From: Candidatus Tectimicrobiota bacterium | GTDB lineage: Bacteria > JACPUC01 | DNA length: 64,000 nt | NCBI GenBank assembly: GCA_016192455.1 | Contig: JACPUC010000003.1 | Location: 62,001 to 126,000, forward strand | Direction of reading: 5' to 3' | In this document: positions 29,528-38,369 of the stretch, piece after piece | Layout: each line of letters starts with the position of its first letter | Position numbering within the stretch: position 1 is the stretch's first letter | Notes under the pieces: model-generated | What the model was told of the DNA's origin: nothing | Database searches by the model: none | Seen by the model: only the letters and a program-made list of their open reading frames with translations | Translations under genes and position numbers: made by a program

Positions 29528-30289
29528 GTGGAGCATCTCAGAGAGTACTACGATCACCGTTATCGCGAAGGCTACCGGAACGTGCTGGCGGGCGCTGAAC
29601 GGGCGCGGAGCAAAGCCCTGGTCCACGTTCTGTCAAAGCTCCTCCGGGTGTCGCAGAGTGCCAGGGTCTTGGACTACGGCAGCGGGAGTGGTCTGCACAT
29701 TGCCACCTGGCGCTGTGTCTTTCCACAGGCCGACCTCTACTTTTGCGATATCAGCCCGGTTGCCCTGACCAAGCTGTGTGCCGCCCATCCAGAGTACCAC
29801 GCCCACTGCGCGGAAATCACCGAACGGGGAGCCTCATTCGCGGACCGCAGCTTCGATGTGGTAGTGAGCGTTGAGGTCATGGAGCACGTGGCATCCACCG
29901 CTGCTTACCTTCACGATATCTATCGGCTACTTAAGCCCAATGGGACGTTTGTGTGGACGACGCCGTGCGCCAATCGCGGCTCGATTGAACACCTGTACAG
30001 CCTCGTCACCGGCCAGATCGAGGCTACCCCGGAAGGTTTCAGGCGATGGAGGTGGGAGGACCCATCACATCTGCGCCGACTGCGTAGCCGGGAAGTGCGG
30101 CAGCGCCTGCAAAGGGTCGGCTTCACCGATATCGGATTCCGGTTTCGCGCCCACTTCTTCTCTTTCGTGTGCGGCTACGGCTTTCGGGGCCCGCTGCGTG
30201 GGATTGGCCAACGGCTGCTGTTCCTCGACTATGCGTTGTTTCGCAGGCTTCCCAATGGTGCCTCGATGATCGGCTTCGCCAGGAAATAG
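29528..30289 (+). CDS. Class I SAM-dependent methyltransferase
   Basis: VLDYGSGSG, DIS, FDVVVSVEVMEHV, LKPNG..V.TTP; GC lower than flanks. Confidence 0.85.
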   Translation: MEHLREYYDHRYREGYRNVLAGAERARSKALVHVLSKLLRVSQSARVLDYGSGSGLHIATWRCVFPQADLYFCDISPVALTKLCAAHPEYHAHCAEITERGASFADRSFDVVVSVEVMEHVASTAAYLHDIYRLLKPNGTFVWTTPCANRGSIEHLYSLVTGQIEATPEGFRRWRWEDPSHLRRLRSREVRQRLQRVGFTDIGFRFRAHFFSFVCGYGFRGPLRGIGQRLLFLDYALFRRLPNGASMIGFARK

Positions 30290-30415
30290 CGTCCAGGGCC
30301 GCGCCCATCCGTCTGCGCGCGACATGGCGGCACGAGGGTGCTCCAAGGGTGTCGTGACTCATCCGACTCACCTGTACTTAGTTGCGTTATTTCATTTTAC
30401 GTGCTCTATGCAAGC

Positions 30416-30620
30416 ATGAACAACTCATCCTTCCCCGTCACGTTGAGTCAGGACGAACGGCAGACCCTGGAGTATTGGCTCCGCATGAGCACCACGGAGC
30501 AGCGCCGGGTGCTGCGCGCCAGCACCCGGGCGCTCGGGGTGAGCACACCAACCAACACGAAGTGGCGACGGCGCTTCGCCACGGAGCGTCTGGCTGGCTT
30601 GCAGGACGCGCCGCGGCCGC
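30416..30620 (+). pseudogene. IS630-family transposase remnant (internally deleted HTH region; no DDE domain)
   Basis: LSQDERQTLE...RRVLRA...LGVS.PT..KWRRRF..ERLAGLQDAPRP is the typical IS630 N-terminus; homology then stops. Confidence 0.7.
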
Positions 30621-30792
30621 TTTTCCACGGCTGGGGCGATTCCTCCTTGCTGTTCTCTCTTCCTTCTCCTCATAATACGATATCTCATACGCTCTCCGCG
30701 GCGTGACGGCGGCGCGGCCCGCCCCCCCAGTGGCGCCCGCCGTGCCATCCCGCGGTGGTCGCAAGACAGGCGACCGACAGGGAGGAGACGTC

Positions 30793-32211
30793 GTGCCAGC
30801 ATCGCAACCCCCGCAGTCCCAACCCTATGATGTGGTCGTGCTGGGCGCCGGGCCGGGTGGGTACTCGGCGGCCATTCGCGCCGCGCAGCTCGGCAAGTCC
30901 GCGGCGGTGGTCGAGCGCGACAAGGTCGGCGGCGTCTGCCTGAACTGGGGCTGCATCCCCACCAAGGCCCTCATCCGCAACGCCGAGGTGCTGGGGCTGG
31001 TGCGGCGGGCCGGCGAGTTCGGCATCAAGGTCGGCGGCATTGAAGCCGACTTCGGCGCCGCCGTGGACCGCAGCCGCCGCGTCGCCGGCAAGCTGGCGAA
31101 GGGCGTCGAGTACCTCCTGAAGAAGAACAAGGTGACGCTGATTCCAGGCAGCGGGCGCTTCCTGGGGCCGCGCGACATCGCCGTCGTCGGCGCCGATGGC
31201 GCGCAGACCGCGGTCCTGCGGGCGCAGCACGTCATCATCGCCACCGGCTCCCACGCCAAGAGCCTGCCGGGGGTGGAGGTCGACGGTCGGCGGGTGATCA
31301 CGAGCACCGAGGCGATGCTGCTGCGCGAGCTGCCGGAGTCGATGATCATCCTGGGGGGCGGCGCCGTGGGCGTCGAGTTCGCCTATGTCTTCAGCATGTA
31401 CGGCGTGCAGGTGACCATCGTGGAGATGCTGCCGCACATCCTCCCCGGCGTTGATGAGGAGATCAGCACCGGCCTGGAGCGCTCCTTCGCCAAGCGCAAG
31501 ATCGTGCTGCGCAGCGGCTGGAAGGTGGAGGGAGCCACGGTCGAGGCGGCCGCGGCGCGCGTGCGTGTCTCCAAGGCGGGGCAAATGGACGAGCTGCGGG
31601 CGGACGTCGTGCTGATGGCGGTGGGGCGGGGCGGCAACACCGAGGGGCTCGGGCTGGAGGCGGCGGGGGTCGCGGTCGAGAGGGGCGTTATCGCGGTGGA
31701 TGGCTTCTGCCGCGCCAGCGTGCCCCACATCTACGCCGTCGGCGATGTCAACGGCCCGCCGCTGCTGGCGCACGCCGCCGCCGCGGAGGGGGTGCTGGCC
31801 GCCGAGCACCTGGCGGGAACGTCGCCCCGGCCCCGCGACCCGGCGCGGGCGCCGAGCTGCGTCTATTGCCAGCCGCAAGTGGCGAGCCTGGGCCTGACGG
31901 AGGCGCAGGCGGCGGCGGAGGGCCGCGCCGTGAAGATCGGCCGCTACCCCTTCATGGCGAACGGCCGGGCGCAGGCGGAGGGGGACTACGAGGGCCTGGT
32001 GAAGCTCATCGCCGACGCCGCCAGCGGCGCCCTCCTCGGGGCGCATATCCTGGGACACAGCGCCGCCGAGCTGATCAACGAGATCAACGGCTTCAGCACC
32101 CTGGAGGCGCCGGTGGCCCGGCTCGGCCACACCATCCACGCCCATCCCACCTATGCCGAGTCCCTCATGGAGGCGGCCCTCAGCATCACCGGCGAGGCGA
32201 TCAACATCTAA
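30793..32211 (+). CDS. lpdA: Dihydrolipoamide dehydrogenase (E3)
   Basis: GAGPGGY, GGVCLNWGCIPTK, GGGAVGVE, HAHPTYAE; GGAGGAG RBS with GTG start. Confidence 0.93.
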   Translation: MPASQPPQSQPYDVVVLGAGPGGYSAAIRAAQLGKSAAVVERDKVGGVCLNWGCIPTKALIRNAEVLGLVRRAGEFGIKVGGIEADFGAAVDRSRRVAGKLAKGVEYLLKKNKVTLIPGSGRFLGPRDIAVVGADGAQTAVLRAQHVIIATGSHAKSLPGVEVDGRRVITSTEAMLLRELPESMIILGGGAVGVEFAYVFSMYGVQVTIVEMLPHILPGVDEEISTGLERSFAKRKIVLRSGWKVEGATVEAAAARVRVSKAGQMDELRADVVLMAVGRGGNTEGLGLEAAGVAVERGVIAVDGFCRASVPHIYAVGDVNGPPLLAHAAAAEGVLAAEHLAGTSPRPRDPARAPSCVYCQPQVASLGLTEAQAAAEGRAVKIGRYPFMANGRAQAEGDYEGLVKLIADAASGALLGAHILGHSAAELINEINGFSTLEAPVARLGHTIHAHPTYAESLMEAALSITGEAINI

Positions 32212-32228
32212 GGGAGCGAGGGGGCGAG

Positions 32229-32390
32229 GGGCGCGTCTCACGAGTTCGCAAAGAAAAGTTATGGATGGCACGTAGCATTGAGAGGAAGATTTCTTGTGGG
32301 GGACCCATGCTTCCCCACGCCCCCATTTCCCGCGAGCTGCGTAGCAGCTCGCGTAAGGGGGGTGCGCGAGGGGGCGCGGCTCCCTCGCAG
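32229..32390 (-). repeat. Degenerate member of the MITE/REP family
   Basis: gcgtctcacgagttcgc end-like sequence, ggacccatgcttccccac segment, CGCGAGCTGCGTAGCAGCTCGCG and GCGAGGGGGCGCGGCTCCCTCGC hairpins. Confidence 0.7.
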
Positions 32391-32509
32391 AAATATGGGA
32401 TGAAGATGAGGCGCGGCCCTGGATGGGGTATACTGACTGCCGGGTGCGGGCCGGCGCCGCGACGCGGTACCGGGCACAAGGCGCTGACTTCGAGTGTGGA
32501 GAGGAACGC

Positions 32510-33055
32510 ATGAAGCCGGAGGAGACCACCAAAGCCGACCCGCGCAAGGGCGCCGATGTTCACCTCGTCCACCCGCGGGAGCTGCCGGGGCGCCCGGAGA
32601 AGCCGCGCGCGCGGCGTTGCTGCCTGGCGCGCGCCTTCCTCGATCCTCTTCTGGGAGCGCCGTGGGATGAGGCGGAGTTCCTCAACCGCGACCTGGAGCA
32701 CGAGCGCGCCATGGCCGAGCTCTACCGCCGCAACGCCGGGCGCTTCCGCATCCGCGGCCTGCAGGCGGGCCTGCTGAAGCTGGCGCAGCTTGCGGAGCGA
32801 CAGGTGGAGGCCCTGGAGCATCATCTGCGCCTCCATGGTGGGGAGCCCAGCGGCACGCCGAGGGAGGTCCCCCTGCACCACAATCCCCTCGAGGTGCTCG
32901 GGCAGCTCTGGGAGATCGAGGTCGATCAAGCCCAGATTTACCGCGAGCAGATGAGCGGCTGCGACGAGGGGCCCACAAAGCGCCTGCTCGCAACGCTCTC
33001 CGAGACGAAGCAGCGCCAGACGCGCGACATGCGCGGCCTCCTCGGTTCCTTCTGA
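32510..33055 (+). CDS. Hypothetical ferritin-like four-helix protein
   Basis: LN..L..E..M.ELY...LE.HLR.HGGEP...E......Y......D...K.LL pattern; GGAGAGG RBS. Confidence 0.55.
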   Translation: MKPEETTKADPRKGADVHLVHPRELPGRPEKPRARRCCLARAFLDPLLGAPWDEAEFLNRDLEHERAMAELYRRNAGRFRIRGLQAGLLKLAQLAERQVEALEHHLRLHGGEPSGTPREVPLHHNPLEVLGQLWEIEVDQAQIYREQMSGCDEGPTKRLLATLSETKQRQTRDMRGLLGSF

Positions 33056-33220
33056 GGCGGCCCACGCGAGCCGCACGCGGCTCGCGCGAACAGGGTCCAG
33101 GGATCAATGATCCCGCGGAACAATGTTCCGGCGGGGGCCCGGGGCGGAGCCACCGGCCCTCCATCCGTGTCCATCAGTGGTTCGCCTTCCCCCGCGTCCT
33201 TTCGCAAAGAAGGGCCGCCC

Positions 33221-34795
33221 ATGCCGTTCCTCGGAACAATGTTTCTCTCCGCCGCTCCCGAAGTGAAGCTGGTGCGGGCTTTCCAGGAGCCGTTCCGCAA
33301 CGCCGTGGCGACGGCGCGCACCTGCTACTCCGGCTCCGGCATCATCGCCGACCCGGAGCTGGACGAGCGCACCACGCGCATCGCCCAAAGCATCTACGCC
33401 GCCGGCCACCACACCACCCTGCAGCACGCCCACTTCCAGTTCACGCTGGCCAACGTGTCGCGGCACTTCCTCTGGTCCTTCCTGCACAGCCACCCCTTCT
33501 ACAACTCCGAGCAGGTCAGCCAGCGCTACGTGCGGGTGAAGCCGGAGACCTTCGCCGTGCCGCCGCTGGAGGGGCGCTGCCTGGACATCTACCTCGAGGC
33601 GGTGCGACGGCAGCAGCAGCGCTACGAGGCGCTCATCACGCTGCTCGAGCCGCTGGTGGCGGAGGCCTACTACGGCATCTTCCCGGCCCGCCGCAAGCGC
33701 CCCCGGAACAATGTTCCGCGCGCCCAGCGCGACGTGCGCAAGAAGGCCCAGGAGATGGCGCGCTACGTCCTGCCGGTGGCCACCTTCGCCTACCTCTACC
33801 ACACCGTCAGCGGCATCACCCTGCTGCGCTATTATCGCCTCTGCCAGGAGGGGGACTGCCCGCTCGAACAGCGCCTCGTCGTCGGCGCCATGGTCGAGGA
33901 GCTGCTCAACTTCGACCCGAACTACCGCCTCATCCTGGAAGAACCCCTCGAGGCGCTCCCCTACGAGGAGCCGGGCGCGGCCTCGCTCGGCCCACGCCGC
34001 ATCGATTGCCAGCGGGCGCGCGAGTTCACCGCCGAGTTCGACGCAGCCCTCGGCGGCCTCTGCTCGCGCCTCATCGACGCCAAGCCGGAGAACGAGCCCA
34101 TCTTGGCGGACGCGGTGCGCGGGGTGCTGGGGCTGAGCCGCGGCCGCCTCTCCGACGACGCGGCCATCGCCCTCGTCCTCGACCCGGCGCGCAACCCGAT
34201 CCTCGGCGAGACCCTCAACCTCACCACCCTGTCAAAGCTCAGCCGCGCCCTCTCCCACCCGTCCTACACCTTCCGCAAGAAGCTCAGCCATACCGCCGAC
34301 TCGCAGAACCAACGCCACCGTATGACGCCGGCCTCGCGCCCCTGCCTGGCGGCGCACTTCACGGGCGAGCCGGACTACGTGACGCCGCCGCTGGTGCGGC
34401 GCGACGCGGCCGCCGCCGACCTCTACCGCACGAGCATGGAGGAGAGCTGGCAGGCGATGCGCCAACTCCTCGACGCCGGCACACCAGCGGAGTTCGCCCT
34501 CTACCTGCTGCCGAACGCCACGGCGGTGCGCTTCACGGAGTCCGCCGACCTCCTGAACCTGCACCACAAGCACGCCATGCGCCTCTGCTACAACGCTCAG
34601 GAGGAGATTTGGCAGGCCTCGGTGGAGGAGGCGCGGCAGATCAGCCAGGTCAACCCGCGCATCGGACGCTACCTCCTGCCACCCTGCACCCTGCGCGTCA
34701 TGGCCAAAACCCGCCCCATCTGCCCCGAAGGCGACCGCTTCTGCGGCGTCAAGGTCTGGTCCCTCAAACTCGATGACTACCAAAGGGTGATTTGA
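33221..34795 (+). CDS. thyX: FAD-dependent thymidylate synthase, tandem two-domain form
   Basis: GH.T.LQH..F.F, EQVSQRY, E.ARYVLP; second domain QNQRHR, YLLPNA, RLC.NAQEEI; start could also be 33239. Confidence 0.82.
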   Translation: MPFLGTMFLSAAPEVKLVRAFQEPFRNAVATARTCYSGSGIIADPELDERTTRIAQSIYAAGHHTTLQHAHFQFTLANVSRHFLWSFLHSHPFYNSEQVSQRYVRVKPETFAVPPLEGRCLDIYLEAVRRQQQRYEALITLLEPLVAEAYYGIFPARRKRPRNNVPRAQRDVRKKAQEMARYVLPVATFAYLYHTVSGITLLRYYRLCQEGDCPLEQRLVVGAMVEELLNFDPNYRLILEEPLEALPYEEPGAASLGPRRIDCQRAREFTAEFDAALGGLCSRLIDAKPENEPILADAVRGVLGLSRGRLSDDAAIALVLDPARNPILGETLNLTTLSKLSRALSHPSYTFRKKLSHTADSQNQRHRMTPASRPCLAAHFTGEPDYVTPPLVRRDAAAADLYRTSMEESWQAMRQLLDAGTPAEFALYLLPNATAVRFTESADLLNLHHKHAMRLCYNAQEEIWQASVEEARQISQVNPRIGRYLLPPCTLRVMAKTRPICPEGDRFCGVKVWSLKLDDYQRVI

Positions 34796-34844
34796 GGATA
34801 GAGGGAAGAGAGAGAGGGGGGGGAGGGGAAAAAGGAAGAAAAAG

Positions 34845-34902
34845 GCGAGGGAGCCGCGCCCCCTCGCGCACCCCACTCGCGCGAACTGCGTAGCAGTTCG
34901 CG
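34845..34902. repeat. Two stand-alone hairpin modules of the repeat family
   Basis: GCGAGGGAGCCGCGCCCCCTCGC and CGCGAACTGCGTAGCAGTTCGCG, the reverse complement of the modules at 27.1 and 32.35 kb. Confidence 0.75.
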
Positions 34903-34963
34903 GGGGGCAGCAAGGGCCTCTTTTTCATAACAAGGGCATTTGCTCGGAGAGAAGGAACGTACT

Positions 34964-35992
34964 ATGGATTTTCTGGCACAAGAGCAAACGGTCAGGGAAG
35001 CACTCCAAACCATATTATCTAACCTTACACTTATTTTATCGCAAGACTTGGTGCGAACAAATGAACTAGGCACTGAGCTAGATTTCAGCGATGGACTTAA
35101 AGTATTTGATCGCACACTTGCACTTTTTAGATCTCTCCAAGACGCCAACCTAGACAATGTGCCTCTTCAACGCTTGCAGGAATTAAAGTCGTTAGCAGAC
35201 GAAGCATCTCAACACTTCAAGGATGTTCAAACCTTCAGCTCAGCAGGACAAGATAAACCCAAACAAGCTAGGGATCAGCGTATTCGGGCAATAGCGGAGC
35301 AATATAATAATCAATTTCAGTCAATTTCGCCCATTATTGCTTATTCGGTAAGGAAGGGGACAGACTTTCAAAGGTTAGAAGAAGATGCGCGGAAAACCGT
35401 GGCTGAAGCTAAGGAAATCCGCGATGGTATGGAAAAAGAGAGTAAAGAGTGGCTAGCGCAAATTGAAGATACTCAAGAGAAAGTGAGAAGGGCGGCTGCA
35501 GAAGTGGGTGTAGCCCAACATGCCATTCATTTTTCTGAAGAGGCTATAAAGTATAGAAAGCAAAGTATCGGGTGGCTTATTGTAACTGGATGTTTATCCT
35601 TAATTACTATATTATACGGTTTGTATAACGCTTGGAATTATACTTGGCTTTTTAAGAGTGGGCCTTCGATATTAACTACTGAGCAAACCATACAAATAGC
35701 CATGTCGAAGCTAGTAGTTTTCGCAGTTCTCTATTATGGGCTAATCTGGTCTGGAAGAATTTACAAGGCTCAGCGGCACAATTATGTGATAAATCGGCAT
35801 AGGCAAAATGCTTTAAGCACGTTCGAAACATTTGTGAAAGCGGCCAGTGATGATGGGACGAAAAACGCTGTTCTTATCCAAGCTACGCAATCAATATTTT
35901 CTCCTCAAAACTCTGGGTTTTTGTCTAAGGATTCGGAGCCTTCAGCGTCCCCTAAGATTCTGGAAATAATTAGAAATGCAATACGAGGATAG
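34964..35992 (+). CDS. Hypothetical coiled-coil membrane protein (two TM helices), low GC
   Basis: Long open frame with A/T-rich codons, AAGGA RBS, helical N-terminus, two hydrophobic segments, then NRHRQNALSTF. Confidence 0.75.
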   Translation: MDFLAQEQTVREALQTILSNLTLILSQDLVRTNELGTELDFSDGLKVFDRTLALFRSLQDANLDNVPLQRLQELKSLADEASQHFKDVQTFSSAGQDKPKQARDQRIRAIAEQYNNQFQSISPIIAYSVRKGTDFQRLEEDARKTVAEAKEIRDGMEKESKEWLAQIEDTQEKVRRAAAEVGVAQHAIHFSEEAIKYRKQSIGWLIVTGCLSLITILYGLYNAWNYTWLFKSGPSILTTEQTIQIAMSKLVVFAVLYYGLIWSGRIYKAQRHNYVINRHRQNALSTFETFVKAASDDGTKNAVLIQATQSIFSPQNSGFLSKDSEPSASPKILEIIRNAIRG

Positions 35993-36186
35993 GGGCAGTA
36001 ATTTTCTTGTGTCCGTAAAGGTTGGCCTCGGGTTAAAGATTTAAGTACCTTCTGCAAACTACGTGGCCAGATTGGCCGGACGGACCTCCACGGATAGCCG
36101 GTAACGCGGGGGAAACCGAATCGATTCCAAGCCACATCTCCACCGCCACAACCCTCCAAATGAGCTAAGCACCCGTCGCTTTTCCC

Positions 36187-36436
36187 CTAGTGCTCATACC
36201 CCAGCCACCTGTTGAAGTTGTAGGCAACACTGATGCGGCCGAGGTGGGTGAAGGCCTGCCGAAAATTGCCCAGGGCTTCGCTCCGCAAGCTCATCGTCTC
36301 GCCATAGAGGCCGGGGTGCTTGGCACAGCCGGGCATCTCCTTGAAGGTGAGGCGCTTCATCCAGGCATCCGGCGCGCGTGAGCGCCTTGACGAGCTGGTA
36401 TGTGCACATGCTGAAGGTTCCCTCGCCTCCCCCCAG
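36187..36436 (-). pseudogene. Glycoside hydrolase family 15 C-terminal remnant (frameshifted)
   Basis: GEGTFSMCTY.LV.ALTRAG.LDEA in one frame continues as RLTF..M...AKH.GLYGE.....EALGNF.QAFTHLG.IS.AYN in another; matches the GH15 C-terminal EGxFxxCxFW...LGNFPQAFTH pattern. Confidence 0.72.
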
Positions 36437-36474
36437 GTGTTTTTACCACCACGCCCCATCCACTGCCTCCCCCC

Positions 36475-37860
36475 TCACCCCCTCCTCAAATTCCCATACC
36501 TTAGCAGGGCGTGGGTGGCGTGGGCGGCTTCGTCGGGGGTGTGGAAGACGGGGACGCCGACGGCTTGCAGGGGGGGCGCTTCGTGGCGCATCTCGTCGGC
36601 GTCGGCGAGGTAGTTGACGACGACGGGTTTGCGGTACATCTCGCAGAGGCGCCGCAGGCCGTCGGTGGGGGCGCGGAAGTGCTTGTGGACGTTGAAGATG
36701 AACAGGTAGGCGTCGGCGAAATCGGCCTGGAAGAGGACTTCGGCGGCGTCGCACCAGGGGCGGGCGGAGGCGCCGGGGCTGGAGAGGTCGATGGGGTTCT
36801 GCAAGAGGACGAGGCCGCCGAGCTTGACGGTGCGGTCGAGGGTGTCGATGAGCGGTTGCCCCAGCTCCGGCAGGGGCCAGCCGTGCCGCGCCAGGATGTC
36901 GGCGGCGATGATGCTCGGGCCGGAGGTGTGGGTCATGACGCAGACGCGCGGGCCGCGCGGCAGGGGCGCCAGGGCGAGGGCCTTGCACGCGGCGACGAAC
37001 TCGCTCGAGCCGCCGACGGCGACGGCCCCGCTCTGCCGCAGGGCGGCGTCCCACAGCTCGCGGGCGCCGGCGATGCCGCCGGTGTGGGTAAGGGCGGCGG
37101 CGCTCGCCACGTCCGTCGAGCCGACCTTCCAGACGACCACCGGCTTGCGCGCCAGCGCCCGGCGCACCGACTCGATGAAGGCGCGGGCCGTGCGCACCCC
37201 CTCGATGACGACGCCGATGACCGTGGTGGCGTCATCCTCGGCGAGGTAGTCGATGTAGTCGTGGAACTCGAGCACGGTGCGGTTGCCGACGCCGACGAAG
37301 GTGCTGATGCCGACGCCCGCGGCGAGGAAGGCGCAGAGCACGTTGACGCCGGTGCCGCCGCTCTGCGACAGGACCGCCACGCCGCCCGCCGGCAGCTTCT
37401 TCGGCCAGAAGGTGGCGTTCAGCGGCAGGTGGGGGTTGTGGAAGCCCAGGGTGTTCGGCCCGATGAGGAGGATGCCGAGCTCCTCCGCGACGCGGCGCAG
37501 CTCGTCCTCGAGCGCCTGGCCGCCGCCGCCCGACTCGCCGAAGCCGGCGGACATGCAGAGGACGCTCCGTATGCCCAGCTCGCCGCACTCCCGCAGGGCG
37601 GGGATGATCTGCTCCTTGCGCAGGGCGATGATGACCAGGTCGATGGGCGCGCCGACCGCCCGCAGCGAGGCGAAGCAGCGCTGCCCGTGGATGACCTCGT
37701 ACTTCGGGTTGACGAGGTAGACCGGGCCGGGGAAGCCGCTGCCGAGGACGCTGTCCACGGCGCTGTAGCCGACGCTCAGCGAGCGCGACGAGGCGCCCAG
37801 GATGGCGACGCTGCGGGGGTTCAGGGTGCGGCGGAGGAGGTCGCGGCGGTCGTGGTCCAT
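36475..37860 (-). CDS. Acyl-CoA synthetase (NDP-forming) alpha subunit / CoA-binding protein
   Basis: PRSVAILGAS, VNPK, SAGF.E, IGPNTLG, SQSGG, THTG phospho-His, NPIDL; no ATP-grasp domain. Confidence 0.85.
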   Translation of the reverse strand: MDHDRRDLLRRTLNPRSVAILGASSRSLSVGYSAVDSVLGSGFPGPVYLVNPKYEVIHGQRCFASLRAVGAPIDLVIIALRKEQIIPALRECGELGIRSVLCMSAGFGESGGGGQALEDELRRVAEELGILLIGPNTLGFHNPHLPLNATFWPKKLPAGGVAVLSQSGGTGVNVLCAFLAAGVGISTFVGVGNRTVLEFHDYIDYLAEDDATTVIGVVIEGVRTARAFIESVRRALARKPVVVWKVGSTDVASAAALTHTGGIAGARELWDAALRQSGAVAVGGSSEFVAACKALALAPLPRGPRVCVMTHTSGPSIIAADILARHGWPLPELGQPLIDTLDRTVKLGGLVLLQNPIDLSSPGASARPWCDAAEVLFQADFADAYLFIFNVHKHFRAPTDGLRRLCEMYRKPVVVNYLADADEMRHEAPPLQAVGVPVFHTPDEAAHATHALLRYGNLRRG

Positions 37861-37963
37861 GGCCAACGGGTCCAGCGGCAAGGGTGCGGAGGCGGGCCGC
37901 GCCGGGGCGGCGGTTGATCGCGCAGGTGTAAGTATAGCCAACGCGACGGCGGAGGACAGCAGC

Positions 37964-38074
37964 TCAGGCCAGCTTCAGGATGCGGCGCGCCGCGTCGCGG
38001 CTGAGGTTGGCGCGGGCGGTGGCGCCGAGGCGCGGCAGGATGTGCGTGTGGATGTCGATCTTGCTACCGCTCAT
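37964..38074 (-). pseudogene. Internally deleted amidohydrolase remnant
   Basis: 36 aa: KIDIHTHILP (family N-terminus) joined directly to AARRILKL (family C-terminus). Confidence 0.55.
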
Positions 38075-38369
38075 GGGGGGCTCACGAGGACGAAGGCCGA
38101 TGCCGGGGGGTAGCGCGTCCCGGCTCCTCGCCATGCCTTGCCAGGGAAGCGCCGCGAGGCAAGCTCCCTGGCGGCGGGCGGAGAGACGCCTTTCGCCGGA
38201 GAATCTCGAACCTTCGCACAGCACTACCGTTGTTTCTTCGTTGCCACGCGCATGCGGCCTTTCCCCGTCTCCCCCCCTTCCTGCCTCAACCACATGGCGA
38301 GAGATGCTCTGTTCATAGTATTCTCATAGCATGTAAAATGAAGACTCACAATCTAGAGTCACCTTGGCT

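Noticed and set aside
33100-33718. Canonical parS or LexA box
   Set aside because: No complete TGTTNCACGTGAAACA-type site; the GAAC-GTTC spacing is 3 nt rather than the 4 nt of Gram-positive LexA boxes.
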